A DNA stretch of 64,000 nt from positions 512,001 through 576,000 of the forward strand of contig CBDCQT010000013.1 of assembly GCA_965220745.1 (NCBI GenBank), written 5' to 3'. The notes beneath the pieces were generated by a model. That model did no database searches, had not been told where the DNA came from, and worked only from the letters and a program-made list of their open reading frames with translations. The translations under genes were made by a program, and so were the position numbers. The stretch is from Alphaproteobacteria bacterium. GTDB lineage: Bacteria > Pseudomonadota > Alphaproteobacteria > UBA828. Shown here in pieces: positions 18,758 through 27,122 of this stretch (positions within the stretch are counted from its first letter, which is position 1; every line of letters starts with the position of its first letter).

Positions 18758-18865
18758 GGCGGGCCCCTATGACACGCCTGTTACGCGTGCGCCAACCCCC
18801 CAATTGTCCAGGCGGTGTTCAAGCGTCGGTGATCGGGAGCCCGCAAGCCGCGTCGGGAAGCAGCC

Positions 18866-19831
18866 TCAATCCAGTGCTTCGGTATTGAATACAAAGGAAG
18901 AATCGAGCTTGCCATCCAATGCGTCAAGCACGTTCTGCGCGCACCGCGTCGCCATGCGGATAAAGGCACCGCGGGACGAGCCCCCCATGTGCGGCATGAG
19001 CACGGTCGCCGGATGGCTGAGCAACGGATCGTCGAGTCGCGGCGGCTCCTCATCGAACACATCGAGGCCCGCCCCCGCCAAATGTCCCGATTGGAGCGCC
19101 TCATGGAGGGCTGCGCCATCGACGATCGGACCCCGCGCCGCATTGGCGAGAATCGCGCCCGGCTTCATCCGGGCCAGCGCCGCACGGTCGATCAGGTGTC
19201 GGGTCTCGTCGTTGAGCGGCACGTGCACGCTGACGTAGTCCGCCCGCGGCAGCGCCTCGGCGAGATCGGCGACCGGCGTGCAGCCGGCATCGATGATCTC
19301 CATCTGCGGAACGTAGGGATCGCAGCACTCGACCTTCATCTCGAAGGCCCGGCAGCGCGCCGCCACCCGCCGCCCGATGCGCCCGAAGCCGATGATCAGA
19401 ACGGTGCGCCCGTAGAGTTCGAGATGGTCGGCGGCCTCGCGCACGAGAAACTCCCCACGCCGCACCGACTCGTCGTAGTGACGGGCCTTCTTCGACGCCG
19501 CGAGCATGAAGTAGAGGGTGAGCTCGGCGACCGTCACGGCGTTGGCGTCGCCCACCGTGGCCACCGGTATCTTCCGCGCCGTCGCGACCTCCAGGTCGAT
19601 GTTGTCGCAGCCGACGCCGTGCCGTGCGATGACCTTGAGCCGGGTCGATGCTTCAAGCATCTCGGCCCGCAACGGCAGATAGCGCAGGATGAGGCCGTCG
19701 GCGTCGGCAATTTCCCTCAGCAGCGTGTCGTCGTCGTCCCGCGCCACTTCGCAGATGTCCAGGTCGGCACGGCTTTTCAGGAGATCGACGCCTGCCTCGT
19801 CAATCGCATCGTGTATGATTACCTTCGGCAT
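18866..19831 (-). CDS. D-2-hydroxyacid dehydrogenase (SerA-like, no ACT domain)
   Basis: RHGVGCDNID, GFGRIG, NAARG, DVFDEEP, PHMGG. Confidence 0.88.
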   Translation of the reverse strand: MPKVIIHDAIDEAGVDLLKSRADLDICEVARDDDDTLLREIADADGLILRYLPLRAEMLEASTRLKVIARHGVGCDNIDLEVATARKIPVATVGDANAVTVAELTLYFMLAASKKARHYDESVRRGEFLVREAADHLELYGRTVLIIGFGRIGRRVAARCRAFEMKVECCDPYVPQMEIIDAGCTPVADLAEALPRADYVSVHVPLNDETRHLIDRAALARMKPGAILANAARGPIVDGAALHEALQSGHLAGAGLDVFDEEPPRLDDPLLSHPATVLMPHMGGSSRGAFIRMATRCAQNVLDALDGKLDSSFVFNTEALD

Positions 19832-19911
19832 GGTGGCTCCGCTGCTCGCGGTCGAACGCGGCGGTCGGCGGGGCTGGCCTCCACCCACGGAACGATCCGA
19901 GGTCCCGAGCG

Positions 19912-21315
19912 ATGGCGCTGAACTCCCCCGAGGCGCGCGATCTTGCGCATCATCTTCATTCCTACACCCATCTCCCCAGCCTGGAGCGGGACGGCCCGCT
20001 CGTGCTGGAGCGGGGCGAAGGTATCTACGTCCGCGACACGCATGGCAAGCGCTATCTCGAAAGCGTCTCGGGCCTGTGGAACGTGGTGGTCGGCTTCAGC
20101 GAGCCCAGGCTGGTGCAGGCGGCCCATGAGGCGCTCAAGCAGATGCCGGCCTATCACACCTTCTTCGGGCGGACCGCCCTGCCCCCGGTCGTGCTCGCCG
20201 AGAAGCTGGTGGAAATCGCGCCGATGGAGGTGTCGCGGGTCTATTTTGTCAACTCGGGCTCGGAGGCCAACGACACCGCCATCAAGATGCTCTGGATGAT
20301 GGCGAGAGGCGCCGGCGAGCCGGAACGACGCAAGCTGATCTCGCGCTCCATGGCCTATCACGGCACGACCGTCGCCTCGTGCAGCCTCAACGGCAAGCCC
20401 TACATCGGCGCGTTCGGGCTGCCGCTGCCGGAGGTGCGCTATGTCGAGGCGCCGCACTACTGGCGCAATGCCCACCCCGGCGAGAGCGAGGACGCCTACT
20501 CTGAGCGCCTGGCGGGCGAGCTGGAGAGCCTGATCGAGGCCGAAGGGCCCGAGACCTTCGCCGGCTTCTTCGCCGAGCCCGTGATGGGCGCAGGCGGCGC
20601 GGTGCCGCCGACCGCCGGTTACTTCCCGAAAATCCAGGCGGTGCTCAATCGCCACGGCATCCCGCTGGTCGCCGACGAGGTGGTGACCGGGCTCGGCCGC
20701 ACCGAGAACCTCTGGGGCGCGGAGACCTACGCGTTCACGCCGGATATCCTGGTGACCTCGAAGGCGCTCACCTCCGGCTATTACCCGATGGCGGCGGTGT
20801 TGCTGTCGCCGGAGATGGACCGTCGCCTGCATCGGGCGGCGGAGGAATTCGAGGAGTTTCCCCACGGCTTCACCACCGGCGGCAGCCCGGCGGCAGCGGC
20901 GGTCGCGCTGGAAACCATCGCCCTCATCACCGAGCCGGGCGGCCTGCTCGACAACGTCCGGGCGGTGGCACCGACCCTCGAGGCCGCGATGCGCCGCTTC
21001 GAGGACCACCCGCTGGTCGGCGAGGTGCGCCATGTCGGGCTGCTCGGCGCGCTGGAAATCGTCGCGGACAAGGGCAGCAAGCGCCCCTTCGCGCCGGAGC
21101 ACGCCATCGGCGAGCGCATCGTGGAGATGGCCTACGCCCGCGGGCTCATCACGCGCCCGATCGGCGACTCGGTCATCGTCGCCCCGCCCTTCATCATCAC
21201 GCACGCGCAGATCGAGGAGATGATGGCGACGCTTGGCGCGGTGCTGGACGAGTTCGCCGACGCCGCCGCCCGTGAGGGCATGGGCCCGGAGGCGCTGGCC
21301 GCGTCCGCAGAATAA
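19912..21315 (+). CDS. Class III omega-aminotransferase
   Basis: SGLW, YHTFFGR, SGSEAND, AYHG, ADEVVTG, TSKALT, FPHGFT. Confidence 0.92.
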   Translation: MALNSPEARDLAHHLHSYTHLPSLERDGPLVLERGEGIYVRDTHGKRYLESVSGLWNVVVGFSEPRLVQAAHEALKQMPAYHTFFGRTALPPVVLAEKLVEIAPMEVSRVYFVNSGSEANDTAIKMLWMMARGAGEPERRKLISRSMAYHGTTVASCSLNGKPYIGAFGLPLPEVRYVEAPHYWRNAHPGESEDAYSERLAGELESLIEAEGPETFAGFFAEPVMGAGGAVPPTAGYFPKIQAVLNRHGIPLVADEVVTGLGRTENLWGAETYAFTPDILVTSKALTSGYYPMAAVLLSPEMDRRLHRAAEEFEEFPHGFTTGGSPAAAAVALETIALITEPGGLLDNVRAVAPTLEAAMRRFEDHPLVGEVRHVGLLGALEIVADKGSKRPFAPEHAIGERIVEMAYARGLITRPIGDSVIVAPPFIITHAQIEEMMATLGAVLDEFADAAAREGMGPEALAASAE

Positions 21316-21487
21316 TTGCCTAGCTAACGACTAGCTCGAAACTCACTTGGCGTGGCGACATCGGGCGGGCCAGATTTCGGGCTTCGGACGAATTGAGAAG
21401 ATGATCGAGGAAAACGGTATAATATGCTGATGCTGAAGTTATAATCGAGGCGTTAAGAGGTAGAGAAACGGCCGTCATCCTGCTTCT

Positions 21488-23149
21488 TCACTCCCTCCCC
21501 GGGGCGTCGGAGGACAGCGCGCGGGCGCGCTCACGCAGCTCGAATTTCATGATCTTGCCCGTCGCCGTCTTCGGCAAATCGCCAAAGACCAACGTGCGCG
21601 GCACCTTGAAGCGCGCCATGCGCTCGCGGCAATGGTCGATCAGCGCCTCCTCCGAGACCGCGCGCGCATCGGGCTTCAGCGCGACGAAGGCGCAGGGTGT
21701 CTCGCCCCACCTCTCGTCAGGCCGCGCCACCACGGCCGCTTCGAGCACCGCTTCGTGGCCGTAGAGGGCGTTCTCCACCTCGATGCTCGAAATGTTCTCC
21801 CCACCGGAAATGATGATGTCCTTGGCCCGGTCGGTAATCTGGATGTAGCCGTCGGGGTGGGTCACCGCGAGGTCGCCGGTATGGAACCAGCCGCCGCCGA
21901 AGGCCTCCGCAGTGGCGCCGGCATCGTCGAGATAGCCCTTCATCACCGTGTTCCCGCGCAGCAGGATTTCGCCTGCCGTGGCGCCGTCCGCCGGCACCGG
22001 CGCGAGAGTCTCTGGGTCCGCCACCATCGCGCCCTGGATCGCGTGATGGCGCACGCCTTGGCGCGCCATCAGCGCGGCCCGGTCATCGAGTGGCAGGTCC
22101 GGCCAGTCCTGCTGCGGTGCTGCCACCAGGGCCGGTCCATAAACCTCAGTCAAACCATAGAGATGGGTGACGCTGAAGCCCATCTCCTCCATGGCTGCGA
22201 TGACCGGTGCCGGCGGCGCGGCGCCCCCGGTCGCCACCTCGACCACGTGATCGAATTGACGCTTGTCGCTCTCCGGCGCGTTGATCAGCATGCCGAGCAC
22301 TACCGGGGCGCCCGCCATGTGGGTCACGCGTTCCTCGGCGATCAGGCGAAAGACTTCCGCCGGCTCGATCCGGGGCAGGCAGATGTGCGCGCCGGCGGCG
22401 GCGGTCACGGCCCAGGTGTGAGTCCAGCCGTTGCAATGGAACATGGGGAGGGTCCAAAGGTAGACCGAATCCCGGGTGAACCCGTTCATCAGCACGTTGC
22501 TGAGCGCGTTCAGATACGCACCCCGGTGATGATAGACGACCCCCTTGGGCTGCCCGGTCGTGCCCGAGGTGTAGTTGAGCGAGATCGCCTGCCACTCGTC
22601 CTCCGGCCAGGGCCACTCGAAATCTGGTGCCCCGGAGGCAAGTAGTTCCTCGTAGCTCTCGTCGGCGAAGCCCCTCCCCTCCCCTTCGGCTTCCGAAGCC
22701 TCGTCGAGCGCCACCACGTGCGGGCGCGGGTCCAGTTGCCCCAACGCCTCCTCCACGACGCTCGCAAACCCCGCATCGGCGATGAGCACGCGGGAGCGGG
22801 CGTGTTTCAGCATCGCGGCGATGGAGGCCGCATCCAGCCGGATGTTGAGGGCATTGAGCACGGCGCCCGCCATGGGCACGCCGAAATGAGCCTCAAGCAT
22901 GGCCGGCACGTTAGGCGCTAGGATCGAGACCGTGTCTCCGAGGCCCACTCCGCGCGCCGCAAGCGCGCCGGCCAGTCGACGGCAGCGGGCGTAGGTATCG
23001 GCATAGCTTCGCCTGAGCGCGCCGTGCGCCACGGCCGTCCGCGCCGGATAAATCGCGGCCGCCCGTGCCATGAAGTCGCACGGGGTCAGCGGGACGTGGT
23101 TGGCGGGTCCCCGTTCGAGTCCGCGCTCGTAGCGGTTGTTGTTGGGCAC
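21488..23149 (-). CDS. Acyl-CoA synthetase (DmdB/AlkK-like AMP-binding)
   Basis: YTSGTTGQPKG, YGLTE, FHTGD, DRAKDIIISGGENIS; GTG start after AAGGAG. Confidence 0.9.
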   Translation of the reverse strand: MPNNNRYERGLERGPANHVPLTPCDFMARAAAIYPARTAVAHGALRRSYADTYARCRRLAGALAARGVGLGDTVSILAPNVPAMLEAHFGVPMAGAVLNALNIRLDAASIAAMLKHARSRVLIADAGFASVVEEALGQLDPRPHVVALDEASEAEGEGRGFADESYEELLASGAPDFEWPWPEDEWQAISLNYTSGTTGQPKGVVYHHRGAYLNALSNVLMNGFTRDSVYLWTLPMFHCNGWTHTWAVTAAAGAHICLPRIEPAEVFRLIAEERVTHMAGAPVVLGMLINAPESDKRQFDHVVEVATGGAAPPAPVIAAMEEMGFSVTHLYGLTEVYGPALVAAPQQDWPDLPLDDRAALMARQGVRHHAIQGAMVADPETLAPVPADGATAGEILLRGNTVMKGYLDDAGATAEAFGGGWFHTGDLAVTHPDGYIQITDRAKDIIISGGENISSIEVENALYGHEAVLEAAVVARPDERWGETPCAFVALKPDARAVSEEALIDHCRERMARFKVPRTLVFGDLPKTATGKIMKFELRERARALSSDAPGRE

Positions 23150-23253
23150 CAATCGGCTCCTTCGGTGATGATCGTCATGGTCGACGCTCGCCCGACGCGG
23201 CGTCAAGAACCGGCGCCCTCGCGCTCCAGGCAACCCGCCGATATACTCGCGCC

Positions 23254-23919
23254 ATGCACGTCGCCATCGTCTCTGACACGATCTGTCCCTGGTGCTACAT
23301 CGGCAAGCGCCGCTTCGAGCGTGCCAACGCCGGCCGGCCGGCCGGCCTCGCCGTCGAGTGGCGCCCGTACCAGCTCAATCCGGACATGCCGGCCGAGGGC
23401 GTCGAGCGGCTCCCATATCTGGTGGCCAAGTTCGGCTCCGAGGAGCGGGTCGTCGAGATCTTCACCACGATCGAGCAGGCGGGTGAAGCCGAAGGCATCC
23501 AATTCGTCTTCGACCAAATAGGACGTACCCCCAACACCGTCGATTCCCACCGGCTGATCGAGTTCGCCGGCCAGCGCGGGGCGCAGGATGGGGTGGTGGA
23601 GGCGCTGTTTCGCCGCTACTTCGAGCAGGGCGAGGACATTAGCGACCACGGCGTACTCGCTGCTGCCGGCGTTGACGGTGGCCTCGACGAGGCGGAATTG
23701 CGCCGCTATCTGGACGGGAGTGACGGGGTCGAGGAAATCAAGAGAGAGAGTGAGGCCGCGAGCCGCGCGGGCATCTCCGGCGTGCCCTGCTTCATCTTCG
23801 AGCGCCGCTACGCGGTCACCGGCGCGCAAACGCCGGACGTCTTCGAGCGGGTGTTCGAGCTCGCCGCCGCCGCTGCCAACCCCGAGAGCTCCAACCAGTC
23901 TCCGCCTCCGCCGGCGTAG
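23254..23919 (+). CDS. DsbA-family (FrnE-like) oxidoreductase
   Basis: SDTICPWCYIGKRR, GISGVPCF. Confidence 0.9.
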   Translation: MHVAIVSDTICPWCYIGKRRFERANAGRPAGLAVEWRPYQLNPDMPAEGVERLPYLVAKFGSEERVVEIFTTIEQAGEAEGIQFVFDQIGRTPNTVDSHRLIEFAGQRGAQDGVVEALFRRYFEQGEDISDHGVLAAAGVDGGLDEAELRRYLDGSDGVEEIKRESEAASRAGISGVPCFIFERRYAVTGAQTPDVFERVFELAAAAANPESSNQSPPPPA

Positions 23920-23955
23920 CCCGGCAGCAGTTGCGCGATAGTCGCGCCGACGCGC

Positions 23956-26900
23956 TTATTCCGCCTCGCTCTCTTTCTCGGACGAAAACAGCTTGCGCAG
24001 GAAGGTAGGCGCCAGGACCGAGAGCGGGTTCACCGAGATATCCGGCTCAGCGGTCGTCCCGCCAACCCGGTAGTTCGCCGCGAACAACCCTTCGCCTTCC
24101 CCGCCGGTCAGCAGCTCCCCCAGCACGGGAATGGCTTCGATCAGGGTGTTGAACGTGTAGGCCGGCACGATCGTGCCGCTGATGTCCACCCGATCCGATT
24201 CGAGATCGACCGTCCCCTCGGCATTGACGCCTACGGAAAAGCCTGATGTCCGGGCGCCCCGAATGGTGAGAACGTTCTCTTCGAGGGTGAAAGGCATTTC
24301 GAACCGCGAAAAGCGTATCCCCTTGCCCCGCAGTTCACTGAGGATACCTGTCAGAGTCGCCACGGTGAGCAACCTTGCCAGCGTCGGCGCGTTGATCACG
24401 CGGTAGTCGTCGATCTTGACCGTGCCGGTGACAGGTGCGCCCGGCTGGTCGTCGTGCAGCACCGCTTCCATCACGAGGTCGCCGCCGACGGCGTTGTCGT
24501 AAATCTTGAAGGTCCGGGCCACGGCGCCCGCATCGCGCGAGCGGACCGTTATCAGGCGTTTGCTCCCCTGCGGCTCCAGGGAGAAGGACATGGGCGCGCC
24601 GGTGGCCAGCGTGCCCTCCATGAACCCGATGTGCCGGCCTTCGCTATCGGTCTCGAAACGCGCGCGCAGATTCGCCAGATGCCGATCGTCGGCGGTTATG
24701 ACGCGCTCGACATCGAGGTCGAGGAGGAGCTGGCCGGAGTGCAGCGCGTCCTCCCCCATCAGATCCTCGATGTAGGGTCGGGCGTCGAGACTGGCGCCCT
24801 CAATCGCGATCCGTGTGATCACGTCCTCGATTGCAATCGTGCCTGCGATGTCCGTCGCACCGTGCCGCAGTCTTTCGATCGTGATCTCACGAATGCCCCC
24901 GGCGTCACGGGCGAGCATAGCCCGGCCGAGGCCATAGAGCGTCTCCGTCTCGACCTCGACCCTGGTGAGCTCGACAGGACCTTCCGGAGGAACGCTGGCG
25001 AGAACCTGTATCGTCCCAGGCGCAGCTGCGGGCTTGGCCCAGTGCAGCTCCGAAATCTCGAGCCGCGCCTCCGTCGCATCGACGTGGAGCGTCGTGCGTG
25101 GCGTCCCGTCGCCTCCCGGATCTGTGTATTCCCCTTCGAGCGCAAGAGTGCCCTGAACGTAAGGCGCCATATCGAACCCCAGCGCGGCCTGGGCTTCCGG
25201 CGTCAGCGTCGTCGTCACGTCAAGGCGCCGTGCGAATGGCGCGTCGTCGCCAAAGTTCTCGCGCCACGTGATCGCCGCGGGCATGCCCTGGAGCCTGGCC
25301 GTACCGCGAAGTTCCATGCTCGCGTTGTCGACGCCGAGACGCAGCGCGCCCTCTGTCATGTCTGCCATGCCCGCGATGTTCGCCATCCGGGCGTCCCGCA
25401 CCCGGGCGACGGCGTTCACGTCTACCTCCTCCGGCTCGATCGCTTGCAGCATCGGCAGCTCGAGCGCGAACAGGGTGTGCACCGCGCCGCCGACCCCCAC
25501 CGGCTTGAGCCCGACCTTGCTCACCAGCGCGAGGCGCGGATGGTCGAGCAGGTCGAGGGCATCGGCCGCCGGCCCGTCGGCTTCGATCTCCACCGACATG
25601 CGGGGCACCGCCGAATGAATCTCGCTCAGCACGGCCGTCCCCCGAGACGCGGTGATCCCCGCGATGCGGCCGCCGCTCATCGTGAGGGCGAGGGCTTCCC
25701 CGTTGAACCGCCCCGTACCGCTGACTCCCGTCACAGGCGGCATCGGCCGCAGATAGTCGATGCTCGCATTCTCGAACGCGAGCGAGCCGGCGGCCGAGTC
25801 CACACCGAAGCGCTCGTTCTCGAAGTCGCCGGGCTCGATGTCGAGCACGGCATCGAACCGGCTGATCACGCCGTCGCTGACGTTCTCCACGATCCATCGC
25901 CGTCCGGGCGGGATGAACGTCTCTGGCCAGTAGGCGCCAAGCGACTTGAACGGCATGTCGTGCGCCTGAAACCGCCCGCGCACGCCGATGCCGGCATCGG
26001 TTTGCCAGAGGTTGCCGTCGAGGGAAAAGCGCGGGCCGTCCGTATCGACCTCGAACTTTTCGAGGCTAAGCTGGGACAGCTCGCCGTCGATCGAACCCGT
26101 CGCGACGATCCGTTGCACCGGAACCGGTGCGGGAAAGATCTCAGGCAAGGCGATCTCCCCTTCCCCGCCCGCGATATCGAACACGGTGCCGCCGAGAATG
26201 CCGCCGGGGGCCACATCGATCGCGATCGTGCCGGAGAGTGGAACGCGAAACCCGGTGAACTCCTCAAGCTCAGGAGCGATGAAGGAGAGCTTGACCAGAT
26301 TGAGGCCGGAGAAGCCGATGGCGGCGCTGCCCATCTTGCTCTCGCGGTGGTGGAACAGCTCCACCTCCAGATGGGTCTCCAGGTCCCGCACCTGCAGCTC
26401 TGCCGACAGGTGCCCGAGGATCGCGGTCTCGTCCAGATTGAGCGTGAGGTCGGCGCTGGGCGCGGTCCAGGTGAAATCGGTCGTCTCGTCGACCAGGACG
26501 ATGGAGGCATCGCGGAGGCTGACCCGCTGTAGCCGCGCCATCGGGTGATCCTCGCGCGGCGGGTCGAGCAGATCGTCGACCAGGGAATCAGCCGCGTCGT
26601 CGTCGGCCATGCCGGTCTCGTCACTGCCGGCGAGACGCACGCGCCCGTCCGCGTCGCGAACCAGGGCAAGGCTGAGACCGATCAGCTCGATCGACGTGGG
26701 GGCGATCGTGCCGCTCAACAGAGCAGCGCCGCTCAGTCCCAACGACGCCGCCGGCACCGCCGCCAGGGTCGTGCCGCTCGCGTCGGCGATCCGGAGATCG
26801 GTCAAGTGGACTTCGAGCGCTTCGCCCCAGCCGGGCCAGACCAGAACCGTGTCTTCGAATTCGAAGTGATAGGAGAGACCCTCGCCCTCCAGCGCCTCTT

Positions 26901-27033
26901 GAATATAGGGAGAGAGGAATCCGAGCGAGATCGGGCCGGTCGAAAGCCGCCATGCGGCCAGGCCGAAGAGGATGGCGAGCACACCGAACAGGGCGCCCAA
27001 TGCCTGGAGAGCGATTCGGGCCGTCGAGCTCAT
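23956..27033 (-). CDS. YhdP/AsmA-like periplasmic bridge protein
   Basis: N-terminal TM, 1025 aa beta-rich, C-terminal SGTIVPAY...IPVLG...VNPLSVLAP; divergent from glnE as usual in alphaproteobacteria. Confidence 0.8.
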   Translation of the reverse strand: MSSTARIALQALGALFGVLAILFGLAAWRLSTGPISLGFLSPYIQEALEGEGLSYHFEFEDTVLVWPGWGEALEVHLTDLRIADASGTTLAAVPAASLGLSGAALLSGTIAPTSIELIGLSLALVRDADGRVRLAGSDETGMADDDAADSLVDDLLDPPREDHPMARLQRVSLRDASIVLVDETTDFTWTAPSADLTLNLDETAILGHLSAELQVRDLETHLEVELFHHRESKMGSAAIGFSGLNLVKLSFIAPELEEFTGFRVPLSGTIAIDVAPGGILGGTVFDIAGGEGEIALPEIFPAPVPVQRIVATGSIDGELSQLSLEKFEVDTDGPRFSLDGNLWQTDAGIGVRGRFQAHDMPFKSLGAYWPETFIPPGRRWIVENVSDGVISRFDAVLDIEPGDFENERFGVDSAAGSLAFENASIDYLRPMPPVTGVSGTGRFNGEALALTMSGGRIAGITASRGTAVLSEIHSAVPRMSVEIEADGPAADALDLLDHPRLALVSKVGLKPVGVGGAVHTLFALELPMLQAIEPEEVDVNAVARVRDARMANIAGMADMTEGALRLGVDNASMELRGTARLQGMPAAITWRENFGDDAPFARRLDVTTTLTPEAQAALGFDMAPYVQGTLALEGEYTDPGGDGTPRTTLHVDATEARLEISELHWAKPAAAPGTIQVLASVPPEGPVELTRVEVETETLYGLGRAMLARDAGGIREITIERLRHGATDIAGTIAIEDVITRIAIEGASLDARPYIEDLMGEDALHSGQLLLDLDVERVITADDRHLANLRARFETDSEGRHIGFMEGTLATGAPMSFSLEPQGSKRLITVRSRDAGAVARTFKIYDNAVGGDLVMEAVLHDDQPGAPVTGTVKIDDYRVINAPTLARLLTVATLTGILSELRGKGIRFSRFEMPFTLEENVLTIRGARTSGFSVGVNAEGTVDLESDRVDISGTIVPAYTFNTLIEAIPVLGELLTGGEGEGLFAANYRVGGTTAEPDISVNPLSVLAPTFLRKLFSSEKESEAE

Positions 27034-27122
27034 GTCGATGGTCGGGAGACGGCCGCCAGTGCGCCCCCTTGGCCCCCTTTGCCTCTTCCCCGTTGCGATC
27101 CTTGTAATACAATCGGCCCACG

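Noticed and set aside
18758-18865. Possible tRNA upstream of mltB/rlpA
   Set aside because: No cloverleaf or T-loop consensus found.
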